Below are positions 20,679 through 31,363 of a stretch of DNA of 64,000 nt, in pieces; the stretch's first letter is position 1, and each line of letters starts with the position of its first letter. This DNA is from an uncultured Peptostreptococcus sp. GTDB lineage: Bacteria; Bacillota; Clostridia; Peptostreptococcales; Peptostreptococcaceae. The stretch lies in assembly GCA_963520775.1 (NCBI GenBank), contig CAUQSL010000007.1:3837-67836 (forward strand), given 5' to 3'. Under the pieces are notes generated by a model. That model was not told where the DNA came from and searched no databases. It saw only the letters and a program-made list of their open reading frames with translations. A program made the translations under genes and the position numbers.

Positions 20679-20993
20679 ACTAGTTACTCCTTTCTAAAGA
20701 ATTTTGCCATATTTCCATAGGCATCACCCTCTTTCCTTATGAGTAACCACCGCCACAACTTATTGCTATTTATATTGTACCATATTATATAGAATTCAAC
20801 AATAAAACGGATTGGATGCTGATTTGGTTAAAATAATCAAAATATTATCCTCTTAATTTAAGATAAAATTATACTGGAATTTTAAAATATGAACAACACT
20901 TATATAGAGATATAAAAATACAAAAAGACAACATCCATAACTATAAGTATCTTACAGATGTTGTCTCATAAATTGATAAATTATTCAATGGAG

Positions 20994-21419
20994 TTACTTT
21001 TCTATAAAGAAACTTATTTCTGCCTCTACGCACAAGTCCTGACCACAGTAAATCTTGCCTTCTCCACTCCCAAAATTTCTTCTCATCTTAGTTATTTCCA
21101 CATATATATCCAACCTATCTCCGGGTACTACCTCTCTCCTAAACTTGGCATTCTTGATACCAGAGAAAAAAGCCAACTTTCCCTTGTTTTCTTCCATAGA
21201 AAGGATGGAAACTGCTCCTGCCTGAGCCATTGCCTCTACTAACAAGACACCCGGCATTACATTGTGTTCTGGAAAGTGTCCAGTAAACCATGGTTCTGAT
21301 GCCGTAATGCACTTTATGGCATGAACCCTCTTGCCTACTTCCATTTCCTCTACCCTATCTATCAACAAAAATGGGTACCTATGTGGTATTATTTTCTTTA
21401 TTTCTTCTATATTCAACAT
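20994..21419 (-). CDS. fabZ: 3-hydroxyacyl-ACP dehydratase
   Basis: PHRYPFLLIDR, GHFP...MPGVLLVEAMAQ. Confidence 0.97.
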   Translation of the reverse strand: MLNIEEIKKIIPHRYPFLLIDRVEEMEVGKRVHAIKCITASEPWFTGHFPEHNVMPGVLLVEAMAQAGAVSILSMEENKGKLAFFSGIKNAKFRREVVPGDRLDIYVEITKMRRNFGSGEGKIYCGQDLCVEAEISFFIEK

Positions 21420-21427
21420 ATTTCTAC

Positions 21428-22663
21428 CTACTCGCTATATTTTTTAAATAGGAGGCTTGAGTTATGTCCACCAAAACCTAGTGAGTTCGATAGAGCATAT
21501 CCAACCTCCTGGTACCTAGTAGCATCGGCTACATAATCTAGATCACATTCCTCATCGGCCACCTTGTAGTTAAGGGTCTGGGGAACAAATCCATCCCTAA
21601 CTGCATAGGCACATACTATCGCTTCAACCCCTCCTGCTGCCCCTAGCATATGGCCTGTCATAGACTTAGTAGATGAAACACAAAGATTTTTAGCATGGTC
21701 ACCAAAGGCCTTCTTTATAGCCTTTGTTTCTGTAGCATCATTCATAGGTGTGCTAGTTCCATGGGCATTTATATAGTCAATCTCTTCAGGTTCTACATTA
21801 GCCTCTTCAAGGGCCAATAGCATAGACATCTTAGCTCCATCAGCATCTGGATTTGGGGCTGTAATGTGGTAAGCATCACTCGTCTGGCCATAACCAACAA
21901 TCTCACATATTATATTAGCCTTTCTTGCTAGGGCCGATTCCAGAGATTCTAGTAGAAGAACTCCTGCACCCTCACCCATTACAAAGCCTGACCTCTCCTT
22001 GTCAAATGGTATAGAAGCCCTATTTACATCCTGTGAAAGACTTAGGGCTGACATGGACTCAAAGCCTGACACTCCTAACTCGCAGATAGATGCTTCACAG
22101 CCACCTGCAAATATAGCATCCTGATAACCATCCTTTATCAATCTAAAGGCACTTCCTATCGAGTCTGTTGCTGTTGCACATGCTGTTACACTAGATGTAC
22201 ACACTCCTCTAGTACCAAGTTTTATAGATACATGAGCTGAGGCCATATTTACTATAACCTTTGGTATAAAATGAGAAGACACCTTCCTGGGACCTTTTTC
22301 TAAATACTTGGAATATGTATCCTGTATTGTTACTAGACCACCTATTCCACTACCTATAATTACACCGGTCCTATACTTATTTTCATCATTCACCTTATAC
22401 TCACTATTTTCATAAGCCTGCTTAGCTGCTGCCATAGCATACTGGACAAACTTGTCCTTTTTCTTGTGGCCATCTATATCAAAGTCCTTGGGATCAAAGT
22501 CCTTGACCTCTGCTGCCAATTTGACCTTATTCTGACTTACATCTATTCCTTCAATTAGACTAATACCGTTTTTTCCGTCTTTTATATTTTCTATAAAGGT
22601 ATCTACAGAATTTCCTAGGGCGCTGACTACACCAGCCCCTGTAATAACTACCCTTCTACTCAT
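21428..22663 (-). CDS. fabF: Beta-ketoacyl-ACP synthase II
   Basis: TACAT, NAHGTST, TGHMLGAAG, GFGGHN. Confidence 0.97.
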   Translation of the reverse strand: MSRRVVITGAGVVSALGNSVDTFIENIKDGKNGISLIEGIDVSQNKVKLAAEVKDFDPKDFDIDGHKKKDKFVQYAMAAAKQAYENSEYKVNDENKYRTGVIIGSGIGGLVTIQDTYSKYLEKGPRKVSSHFIPKVIVNMASAHVSIKLGTRGVCTSSVTACATATDSIGSAFRLIKDGYQDAIFAGGCEASICELGVSGFESMSALSLSQDVNRASIPFDKERSGFVMGEGAGVLLLESLESALARKANIICEIVGYGQTSDAYHITAPNPDADGAKMSMLLALEEANVEPEEIDYINAHGTSTPMNDATETKAIKKAFGDHAKNLCVSSTKSMTGHMLGAAGGVEAIVCAYAVRDGFVPQTLNYKVADEECDLDYVADATRYQEVGYALSNSLGFGGHNSSLLFKKYSE

Positions 22664-22686
22664 AAAAAACCTGTTCTCCTTTCAAC

Positions 22687-23433
22687 CTATATTGATGATA
22701 AACCACCATCGACGCTGATAACCTGCCCTGTGATATATGATCCTGTTTCTCCCGCTAAGAAACCTACTATATTGCCTATATCCTCAGGCTGGCCTATGCG
22801 CTTGAGTGGTATGGTCTTGATCATTCCTTCTCTTATCTGGTCTGGAATTGCGTCTGTCATATCAGTCTTTATAAGGCCTGGGGCAACTGCATTTACAGTG
22901 ATTCCATAGACACCCAATTCAGCTGCCAGAGACCTTGTAAAGCCTATTACTCCAGCCTTAGATGCTGAGTAGTTTACCTGACCTATATTACCCACTAGAC
23001 CTGCTAGTGATGATATATTTATTATGCGACCTGACTTTTGCTTTGACATCTTTCTTGCCACCTGCTTCGAGCAGTTAAATATACCCTTTAGGTTTGTATC
23101 TATGACCTGGTCAAAATCATCTTCCTTCATCCTAGAAAACAACTTATCCCTAGTTATACCGGCATTATTTACCAAGACGTCTATCCTTCCGTATTCTTCA
23201 TATATCTTGTCAAAGGCCTCTTCAACTTCCTGGAAGTTCTTTACATCGAACTTTACTGAAAATACCTCTAATCCCTTGACTGTCAACTCATCAACTATAG
23301 ATTTGGCCTTTTCATCTGAACTTACATAACTAAATCCAACCTTAAAACCATCAGATGCTAGTTTTTCAACTATGGCCTTACCAATCCCCCTAGATGCGCC
23401 TGTCACGAAGGCAACTTTCTTTATGTCATTCAT
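22687..23433 (-). CDS. fabG: 3-oxoacyl-ACP reductase
   Basis: TGASRGIG, NNAGITRD, YSASK. Confidence 0.97.
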   Translation of the reverse strand: MNDIKKVAFVTGASRGIGKAIVEKLASDGFKVGFSYVSSDEKAKSIVDELTVKGLEVFSVKFDVKNFQEVEEAFDKIYEEYGRIDVLVNNAGITRDKLFSRMKEDDFDQVIDTNLKGIFNCSKQVARKMSKQKSGRIINISSLAGLVGNIGQVNYSASKAGVIGFTRSLAAELGVYGITVNAVAPGLIKTDMTDAIPDQIREGMIKTIPLKRIGQPEDIGNIVGFLAGETGSYITGQVISVDGGLSSI

Positions 23434-23476
23434 TCTAAACCCTCCAAGTATTACTTTATTTTAGACCCTTTAAGCA

Positions 23477-24415
23477 TTATTTTAAATCTTCCAAATCTAT
23501 ATCCTCTATATCGAATATATTTTGTATGTTAATTACCCTTACATCCTTGTTTATCTTTTTTACAAATCCACTTAGGGACTTACCTGGCCCTATTTCTATA
23601 AAGGCCTGACAACCATCTGCAATCATATTTTCGACACAGTCTATAAACCTGACTGGTGAACACATTTGGTCCTTGAGATTTTCTACTATAGAGTCTACCT
23701 GCTTGTAGTTCTTTCCAGACAGGTTGGTATAGACGTCCATGTTGGGTTCCTTGTAGTCTATCTTGGCCAAGTGGTCATCTGCAAATTCCTGGGCTGCCTG
23801 GTTTAAGATTTGTGTATGGAAGGGACCTTCAACATTTAGTCTCATGTACCTCTTTATCTTGGCCTCCTTGCATTTTTCTTCAAACCTGTCAAGGGCCTCA
23901 AATTCTCCACCTACCACTATTTGACCTGGTGAATTCAGGTTGCACACAGCTAGTACATTTTCCTCTTTTGCCTGGTCTACAAGGCCTTGAATGGTTTCTA
24001 GACTAGTCTTCATAACTGCTACCATAGATCCCTTACCTCCAGCTCCTTGTCCCATGATAAGCCCCCTGTTTTTTACAAGGTCAATTCCTTCATCGAGGGA
24101 AAATACCCCTGCTGCACACAAGGCTGTATACTCACCAAGACTAAGTCCTAGACTGGCTGATATACTTATGCCATTTGGTTCTAAAACCCTGTCTTTAAGT
24201 TCTTGATATAGGCTAAGGCTATTTAAGAATATGGCCACCTGACCATACTTGGTCTTTGATAATTGGTCAAGGCTGGCTTCCTCAACTACTGAATATGTAT
24301 GGTCATCTAGGATTTCCTTGGCCTTCTTATATACCGGACTAGTTATCAAATCCCTGCCCATGCCATCGTACTGAGACCCCTGACCAGGAAATAGTATTGC
24401 TATCTTTTTGCTCAT
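23477..24415 (-). CDS. fabD: Malonyl-CoA:ACP transacylase
   Basis: FPGQGSQ, GLSLGEY, GPFH. Confidence 0.96.
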   Translation of the reverse strand: MSKKIAILFPGQGSQYDGMGRDLITSPVYKKAKEILDDHTYSVVEEASLDQLSKTKYGQVAIFLNSLSLYQELKDRVLEPNGISISASLGLSLGEYTALCAAGVFSLDEGIDLVKNRGLIMGQGAGGKGSMVAVMKTSLETIQGLVDQAKEENVLAVCNLNSPGQIVVGGEFEALDRFEEKCKEAKIKRYMRLNVEGPFHTQILNQAAQEFADDHLAKIDYKEPNMDVYTNLSGKNYKQVDSIVENLKDQMCSPVRFIDCVENMIADGCQAFIEIGPGKSLSGFVKKINKDVRVINIQNIFDIEDIDLEDLK

Positions 24416-24582
24416 TCTTAACCTATCCTTTCACTATCTAAATCGACTTTTCAAACCCAACTGGATACCTATATTTTGACACAAGCTATATTCTGATATA
24501 AGCTGTATTCTCATAAAAGGCCTAGACTCTTTAAATTCTAGTAGCATATTATCCTCAAATACCAGTTGGGATAGAATCTGGA

Positions 24583-25521
24583 TTAAATATCCAATCCCTT
24601 GACTACATCTTCGTAGCCCCTTATCAAATCTTCTATAATATCCTTGCAAGATTCCCTCTTATTAACTAGACCTGCTATCTGGCCCGCCATAACTGAACCA
24701 TTGTCGACATCCCCTTCAACTACTGCTTTTCTAAGAGCACCAGCTCCAAAGGCCTCCAGTTCTGCCTGGTCTACCCTAGCATCTTCCATGGCCTTGAACT
24801 TCTTGGCAAACTTGTTCTTGATTACCCTGACAGGGTGTCCTGTAGAGTTGCCAGTTGTCAAAGTTGAAGTATCCTTGGCCTTTAAGACCTTTTCCTTGTA
24901 AGGCTCGCTGACATTACATTCATCAGCCACCAAAAACCTAGTACCAACCTGGATACCACTGGCTCCTAGGCACATGGCTGCAGCAAATCCCCTACCGTCA
25001 GCTATACCACCTGCCGCTATAACCGGAAGAGATACGGCGTCCACTATTTGTGGAATTAGGGACATCGTGTTAGTCACACCTACGTGACCACCTGCTTCAG
25101 CTCCCTCTGCTATCATGGCTACGACACCGTCATTTCTTTCCATTCTTATAGCCTGGGCCACAGATGGTACTACTGGTATTATCTTAACCCCATGCTCATT
25201 TAGCTTGCTAAAGTACTTACCTGGATTACCTGCTCCAGTTACTACTATCTTTACTCCCTCTTCGATTACTGCATCTACTACCTCATTTATAAAGGGACTG
25301 AGTAACATAAGGTTTAGGGCAAAGGGCTTGTCTGTAAGTCCCTTTATCTTCCTTACTTCATTTACAACCCAGTCCTTGGGTGCATTACCCGCTGCTATGA
25401 TGCCTAGGCCACCTGCATTTGATACAGCAGCTGCCAATTCAGCATCTGATACCCAGGCCATACCCCCCTGAAAGATAGGGTAGTCTATGCCCAACAAAGT
25501 ACATATTTCCTTGTTTTTCAT
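24583..25521 (-). CDS. fabK: Enoyl-ACP reductase II
   Basis: YPIFQGGMAWV, EAGGHVG, MAGQIAG. Confidence 0.95.
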   Translation of the reverse strand: MKNKEICTLLGIDYPIFQGGMAWVSDAELAAAVSNAGGLGIIAAGNAPKDWVVNEVRKIKGLTDKPFALNLMLLSPFINEVVDAVIEEGVKIVVTGAGNPGKYFSKLNEHGVKIIPVVPSVAQAIRMERNDGVVAMIAEGAEAGGHVGVTNTMSLIPQIVDAVSLPVIAAGGIADGRGFAAAMCLGASGIQVGTRFLVADECNVSEPYKEKVLKAKDTSTLTTGNSTGHPVRVIKNKFAKKFKAMEDARVDQAELEAFGAGALRKAVVEGDVDNGSVMAGQIAGLVNKRESCKDIIEDLIRGYEDVVKGLDI

Positions 25522-25526
25522 GGCTC

Positions 25527-25751
25527 TTACTTTACCTTTTCTATATAATCAGCTATCTTCTTAGGAGTTCTCAGTTCCTCTATAGCCTCGTCCTCTACCT
25601 CTATATCAAATTCATCTTCTATTTCTGTCATAATATCCATTACATCTAGTGAATCTGCTTCCAAATCTTCCTGGATATCACTATCATCCTTTATATCTTC
25701 TAGTTCTATATCTAACTGGTCTGCTAATATTTTCTTAATCTTTGTTATCAT
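25527..25751 (-). CDS. acpP: Acyl carrier protein
   Basis: DLEADSLD phosphopantetheine site. Confidence 0.95.
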   Translation of the reverse strand: MITKIKKILADQLDIELEDIKDDSDIQEDLEADSLDVMDIMTEIEDEFDIEVEDEAIEELRTPKKIADYIEKVK

Positions 25752-25937
25752 TTTTATAATCTCCTTTTCATTTACCTTTAATATTTTTATTTTTAGTTTT
25801 TACTATATTGGTTCGTTTATTTGTTCATCGCTTCACTGCTTGCTATACTTGTCTATTGATTTATCCCTTGATTTTTTGATCGTTGACTCATTTATTTCAA
25901 GCGCTCTAACTTGCCTCTACTCATATTTTTATCTTTT

Positions 25938-26954
25938 CTATTTTTTCCTTATCCTTAGTAGGAAACCGCCGTAGCTTAGACCACCTCCAAAGGCTATTGA
26001 AAGTATCCTCTTCCCATCCATCTGGTCAATATCCCTATCAACTAGAACCTCTTCAAGAACTTCATTTAAGGCTAGAGGTACACTGGCCGCCGATGTATTA
26101 CCATATTTGTCTAGGTTTACAAACCACTTGTCTTCTGGTATTTGACTCTTTATAGCCAGGGTCTCAATTATTCTTTTGTTGGCCTGGTGGGGTACTATTA
26201 TTTCAATATCATCACTTGATAGGCCCTTGTCACCTAATAGCTTGTCGATTACCTTGACACCTACATCAGTAGCAAACTTGTAAATTTGCCTACCATTCAT
26301 GCCTATATATGGGTACTCCTTTTCATCTAGACTAAACCTTGAATCCAGGGTTAAGTACCTGTTGCTGTCATACTTGCCTGCCAGGTAGTCTCCTTCGATC
26401 TCTAGCTTGTAGGCCAGACTAGATGTAACATCTGGGTCTGCAAGTTCTAAGTTTTCTAGTATGGCACAACCTGCACCATCACCAAATAAGATACAAGTGC
26501 CTCTGTCCGACCAATTTACAAACTTGGATAACCTTTCAGCCCCTATTATCATGGCATAGGCAATATTCATATCTGCCATAAGTGACCTGGCAACTGCCAT
26601 ACTGTAGACAAAACCACTACAGGCTGCATTTAGGTCAAAGCAAATTGGATTACCACTAAGTCCCAACTTACCAGCTACTGTGAAAGATGATGCTGGAGTC
26701 TTGGTATCAGAGCTAACACTGGCAAAAATAACCAAACCGATCCTCGACCTGTCTATATTTAATTTTTTCAGGGCTGACTCTCCAGCCCTGGCTGCCATCT
26801 CCTCAGTAGTAATATCATCACAGATATGTCTAGTCTTGATACCTGTTCTTTCCTGTATCCAGGCGTCATTTGTATCCACAATTTTGGCAAAATATCCGTT
26901 GTCTAATATCTTTTCTCCAGCATAACTTCCCGTAGAAATTATGTTAATCGTCAT
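25938..26954 (-). CDS. fabH: Beta-ketoacyl-ACP synthase III
   Basis: AACSGF, LFGDGAG, PHQAN, GNTSAAS; likely start MTINI overlapping the fabT stop. Confidence 0.96.
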   Translation of the reverse strand: MTINIISTGSYAGEKILDNGYFAKIVDTNDAWIQERTGIKTRHICDDITTEEMAARAGESALKKLNIDRSRIGLVIFASVSSDTKTPASSFTVAGKLGLSGNPICFDLNAACSGFVYSMAVARSLMADMNIAYAMIIGAERLSKFVNWSDRGTCILFGDGAGCAILENLELADPDVTSSLAYKLEIEGDYLAGKYDSNRYLTLDSRFSLDEKEYPYIGMNGRQIYKFATDVGVKVIDKLLGDKGLSSDDIEIIVPHQANKRIIETLAIKSQIPEDKWFVNLDKYGNTSAASVPLALNEVLEEVLVDRDIDQMDGKRILSIAFGGGLSYGGFLLRIRKK

Positions 26955-27420
26955 TTTTACCTCCATATTCCCTGATGAAAAACTCATTTATATTTTTCAA
27001 GGCTTGTATCAAGGCTGGTTCTTCCTCCAACTTCAAGTCTATCATCAAATGGTCAATCATCTCATCATGAAAATTTCTATGAATCTTCTCTGCTAACACC
27101 CCTTTTCTAGTAAGGCTGCATACCACGATTCTCCTATCCCTTGAATCTTTTTCTCTTATAACATATCCCTTTTTTTCTAACTTAGTCATAGCTATAGTTA
27201 AGGTTCCCATTGTGACTTCTAGTATATCCGCTATTTCAGACATCATCTTCCTATTTCCTATACCTATGGCCTCTATAACGTGAATTTCTGTTATAGATAG
27301 GTCTTTTATACCCCTAGTTTTCAAAGATTTTTCTTCTATTGTCAATATATTTTTAAACAGTTCTACTACAATATCATTTATAACTTGACGACTATCCTCG
27401 TAACATTTATTATTGTCCAT
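26944..27420 (-). CDS. fabT: MarR-family fatty acid biosynthesis regulator
   Basis: DLSITEIHVIEAIG...DRRIV; inside the fab operon next to fabH. Confidence 0.85.
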   Translation of the reverse strand: MDNNKCYEDSRQVINDIVVELFKNILTIEEKSLKTRGIKDLSITEIHVIEAIGIGNRKMMSEIADILEVTMGTLTIAMTKLEKKGYVIREKDSRDRRIVVCSLTRKGVLAEKIHRNFHDEMIDHLMIDLKLEEEPALIQALKNINEFFIREYGGKNDD

Positions 27421-27424
27421 ATTT

Positions 27425-28168
27425 CTATCCTCCTAAAATTTTTCTATACTTATCATATCTTTTTTTAAGAGTTTTTTCTATAGAAATAGAATAGCTTTTA
27501 TCCAAGAAATTTAGTATTTCATTTTTTAAGTTATATATTTCTCCACCATCTTCTTTTATTATCTTTTCTACAAAACCATCTTCCTTTAAATCATAACTGG
27601 TTAGCCTCATTAGGTCTGCAGCCTCATCTTTCTTACTTGGTTCCTTCCATAGTATACTTGAAAATCCTTCTGGTGATAAAATCGAGTATACGCTCTTTTC
27701 TAACATCCAAATTTCATCAGTTACACTAAGGGCCAAGGCACCACCACTACCACCTTCTCCTATTATTATTGATAGACTAGGTACTCTTATGGAAGAAAAT
27801 TTGCATATACAGTTTGCTATAGCGCTAGCCTGTCCTCTTTCTTCTGCTTCAATACCACAACCTGCACCAGGTGTGTCTACTAAGGTTATTAGGGCTAGTT
27901 TGAACTTTTCTGCATACTCAGCTAATCTAAGAACTTTCCTGTAGCCTTCTGGGTTTGGCATTCCAAAATTTCTATCCTTCTGTTGTCCAATAACCATTAC
28001 AGAATATGGGCCTATAGACCCTATCCCACCTATTATAGTATCATCGTCTGAGAATAACCTATCTCCATGCATTTCAATAAAGGAATCGCAAAGATATTTA
28101 ATATAATCATAGGCCTTATTTCTTCTTGGATCTCTTGATGCACGAACCATATCCATGGCCTTCATCAT
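27425..28168 (-). CDS. accA: Acetyl-CoA carboxylase carboxyltransferase alpha
   Basis: NFGMPNPEGYRK, AEERGQ, GEGGSGGAL. Confidence 0.95.
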   Translation of the reverse strand: MMKAMDMVRASRDPRRNKAYDYIKYLCDSFIEMHGDRLFSDDDTIIGGIGSIGPYSVMVIGQQKDRNFGMPNPEGYRKVLRLAEYAEKFKLALITLVDTPGAGCGIEAEERGQASAIANCICKFSSIRVPSLSIIIGEGGSGGALALSVTDEIWMLEKSVYSILSPEGFSSILWKEPSKKDEAADLMRLTSYDLKEDGFVEKIIKEDGGEIYNLKNEILNFLDKSYSISIEKTLKKRYDKYRKILGG

Positions 28169-29022
28169 CTTCTCACCCCCCTAGACTTGTTTGTATTTGT
28201 ATGTATCTTCAGTATATTTCCTAATACAGACCTCATCTCTTCCCTAGGTAAAACCATGTCTAACAGACCATGCTCTAACAAGAATTCTGCACTTTGAAAT
28301 CCAGGAGGTAGTTCTGTTCCTGTTACCTGTTTTATTACTCTAGGTCCTGCAAAACCAATTAGAGCATTTTTCTCACCTATTACTAGGTCTCCTAAACTGG
28401 CAAAACTAGCGCTTACACCACCTGTTGTTGGGTTTGTCATTATAGATATATATAAAAGTCCCTTATCTTTGTGCCTTGCAATAGCCTGAGAAGTCTTTGC
28501 CATTTGCATAAGTGAGAACATACCCTCTTGCATCCTAGCACCACCTGAAGCTGAAAATATCAAAAGAGGTAACTTCTTTTTTATGGATAGCTCAACTGTC
28601 TTAGTTACTTTTTCTCCAACAGTTGTTCCCATACTACCCATAAGATAGTCTGTGTCCATAACTGCAATGGCAATCTTTATACCATGTATACAGGCCGTAC
28701 CACACAATACCCCCTCATCAATTTCATACTTTCGTCTAAGACTCAATTGCTTGTCCTTATACTTGGGAAATTTAAGGGGATCCCTTATTTTTTTTTCTCT
28801 AAAATATTCAACAAAGGAATCCTCATCAACTATACTGGATATCCTCTCTCTAGCAGTCATACTAAAGTACTTTCCACAATGAGGACATAGCTTGTTGATA
28901 TGGTCCATATCATCAATAAAGAAAAGAGATTCACACTTAGGGCACTTTATTACACAATCTGGTTGAATATCTACTTTTTTTACTGCCTTGTATGTTTTAT
29001 GCTTAAAGTGTTCTAAAATCAT
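28165..29022 (-). CDS. accD: Acetyl-CoA carboxylase carboxyltransferase beta
   Basis: Zn finger CPKC...CPHC, SGGARMQEG, GFAGPRVI. Confidence 0.96.
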   Translation of the reverse strand: MILEHFKHKTYKAVKKVDIQPDCVIKCPKCESLFFIDDMDHINKLCPHCGKYFSMTARERISSIVDEDSFVEYFREKKIRDPLKFPKYKDKQLSLRRKYEIDEGVLCGTACIHGIKIAIAVMDTDYLMGSMGTTVGEKVTKTVELSIKKKLPLLIFSASGGARMQEGMFSLMQMAKTSQAIARHKDKGLLYISIMTNPTTGGVSASFASLGDLVIGEKNALIGFAGPRVIKQVTGTELPPGFQSAEFLLEHGLLDMVLPREEMRSVLGNILKIHTNTNKSRGVRR

Positions 29023-30424
29023 CTTTTCTCCTCTCTAAATATGATGTATCGTATTTATTTTCAATAAAGACTTTGTCATTTATTAAATCAAGATTAAATC
29101 CTATATTAGTTTTTACACCATCAATTACGAATTCACCCAAAGCCCTATTCATTATCCTGATAGCCTCCTTCCTATCCTTACCGTAGGCTATTACCTTAGC
29201 CAACATAGAATCATAAAAAGGAAGAACCTCATAGCCTTGATAAATAGCACTATCTACCCTAACTCCATATCCACCTGGCATATTTAGAACTTCTATCTTA
29301 CCTACACTGGGTAGGAAGCCATTGTCAGAATCATAGGCATTAACTCTGCATTCTATTGCGTGTCCCCTTATTTTTATATCCTCCTGCTTGTAGGACAACT
29401 TCTCACCACACGCTATTAGTACTTGGTCCCTTACTATATCTATTCCAGTTATCATCTCAGTTATTGGATGTTCAACCTGAATTCTAGTATTCATTTCCAT
29501 AAAATAATAAGAGCCATCCTTGTCTAATAGGTATTCTATTGTTCCTACACTGGTATAAGATACAGACTTAGCTGCCCTAATTGATGTATCATATAGTCTA
29601 TCTAATATAGCCTGGTCTATATCTTCTGGTGGGGCCTCTTCTATAACTTTTTGATGATTCATTTGCAATGAACAATCCCTTGCACCTAAGTGGATTACAT
29701 TTCCATGCTCATCAGCCATCAACTGAATTTCTATATGACGAGGGGATCTTATATACTTTTCTATATATACTCCTGAATCACCAAAGGCATTTTGAGCCTC
29801 TTTTCTCGCTGAATCAAAGTGTCTTTTAAGGTCATCTATATTTTCTACAAGCCTCATGCCCTTACCACCACCACCTGACCTAGCCTTAATTATTACAGGT
29901 AAACCTAAGTCTTCAACTACTTTTTGGGCCTCCACTAAGTCTTCAACCACACCATCAGATCCATCAACGACTGGAATACCTGACTTTTTCATCATATTCT
30001 TAGATACTTCCTTATCGCCCATCATAGCCATGACCTTGCTGGTAGGACCTATAAACTTTATATTATAGATCTCACACATTCTTGCAAATCCTGGATTTTC
30101 AGATAAAAATCCAAAACCCGGATGTATTGCATCTGCACCAGTTACAATAGCTGCATTTATTATTTGTATCTTATTTAGGTAGCTATCTTTCACATTAGCA
30201 GGACCTATACATATGGCTTCATCGGCAATAGTAGCATGTAAAGAGTCCCTATCAGCGCTAGAAAATACAGCCACACTTTTTATCCCCATATCCTTTAATG
30301 TTCTAATTATTCTTACAGCGATTTCTCCTCTATTGGCCACCAAGACTTTTTTTATAGGTCTTTCATCTTTATTTGATTTTACAGACATATCAATTTCTAC
30401 TTTTCTTTTTCTAGGTCTAGACAT
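29003..30424 (-). CDS. accC: Biotin carboxylase
   Basis: ANRGEIAVRI, GGGGKGMR, EMNTRIQVEHP. Confidence 0.97.
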   Translation of the reverse strand: MSRPRKRKVEIDMSVKSNKDERPIKKVLVANRGEIAVRIIRTLKDMGIKSVAVFSSADRDSLHATIADEAICIGPANVKDSYLNKIQIINAAIVTGADAIHPGFGFLSENPGFARMCEIYNIKFIGPTSKVMAMMGDKEVSKNMMKKSGIPVVDGSDGVVEDLVEAQKVVEDLGLPVIIKARSGGGGKGMRLVENIDDLKRHFDSARKEAQNAFGDSGVYIEKYIRSPRHIEIQLMADEHGNVIHLGARDCSLQMNHQKVIEEAPPEDIDQAILDRLYDTSIRAAKSVSYTSVGTIEYLLDKDGSYYFMEMNTRIQVEHPITEMITGIDIVRDQVLIACGEKLSYKQEDIKIRGHAIECRVNAYDSDNGFLPSVGKIEVLNMPGGYGVRVDSAIYQGYEVLPFYDSMLAKVIAYGKDRKEAIRIMNRALGEFVIDGVKTNIGFNLDLINDKVFIENKYDTSYLERRKDDFRTL

Positions 30425-30441
30425 ACACTTACCTCCAAAAC

Positions 30442-30972
30442 CTATTTTTTATCCAAATTTTTGACTCTGAACAAGGCTTGTCCAAATTCTACAACTTGAC
30501 CATCACCAACTAAAACTTCCAAAATTTCACACTTGTAAGTGGCCCTAATTTCATTCATTAGCTTCATTGATTCTATAATACATACTACTTCATCTTTATC
30601 AACTACCCTACCTACTTGTACAAAAGCATCCTCTTGCGGAGATGGTTTAGAATAGAATGTACCAATCATATTTGATTCTATATTACATACATAATCACTA
30701 TTTTGGGTTTCCTTATCAACACCTTCCTCCTGACAAAAACTTTGTTTATCAATATTTTTTTCTAATATATTATCATAATCCGATTTTATATCTGTCTCAT
30801 TAAATATTTCTGAATTATTATTTTGATTAACTGAACTATTATCTATCTTGCGTTTTGTGTCTCCAATATACGTTTCTAATTCTACCTTAGTATCTCCATC
30901 GGTATAATTAAGCTTATTCAACTTATATTCTTGCATTACACTAGCTAAGTTCCTAATAAATTTTATATCCAT
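30442..30972 (-). CDS. accB: Biotin carboxyl carrier protein
   Basis: IIESMKLMNEI biotinylation motif. Confidence 0.95.
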   Translation of the reverse strand: MDIKFIRNLASVMQEYKLNKLNYTDGDTKVELETYIGDTKRKIDNSSVNQNNNSEIFNETDIKSDYDNILEKNIDKQSFCQEEGVDKETQNSDYVCNIESNMIGTFYSKPSPQEDAFVQVGRVVDKDEVVCIIESMKLMNEIRATYKCEILEVLVGDGQVVEFGQALFRVKNLDKK

Positions 30973-30994
30973 ATCACATCTCCCTATTATACAT

Positions 30995-31077
30995 ATATTT
31001 TGATATACAAACTATTCTTTTATAATTATAGAAGAGCTAAATATAAAAGTCAAGATTTTATTTTGCATATCAAAGTT
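30995..31077 (-). promoter_or_regulatory. acc/fab promoter flanked by two FabT-like palindromes
   Basis: TTGACT-N17-TATAAT (31053-31025); TTTG-N5-CAAA at 30998-31010 and 31062-31074. Confidence 0.65.
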
Positions 31078-31363
31078 TATTATTTTCTTTTTCATAATGC
31101 TTATACATTCATTTGACTAAAAACTAAATGTTTATCAATAAACACGCAAATATATTAATCGCATGAAAAATAACCTTGTTGATGTGACCCTAGCCTTCCA
31201 CAAGGTTATTTTTTATATTATTTTTTATTTTTTGTTGTCTCTTAATTTTATTTCTTATTTTTTGTTATCTCTTAATTTATTTCTTATTTTATTTCTTATT
31301 TTATTTTATGCTATCTCTTATTTTATCTTTCTTTTTTATCTATATTATTGTTTTATACCATTT

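Noticed and set aside
20958..21242. 94-aa + strand ORF; likewise 24434-24649 (-), 31163-31375 (+), 63193-63471 (+)
   Set aside because: Overlap real genes or low-complexity and terminator DNA; no coding signals.
20994..30972. fab/acc cluster as a PKS-type secondary metabolite cluster
   Set aside because: Standard type II fatty acid synthesis gene set with FabT and no tailoring enzymes.
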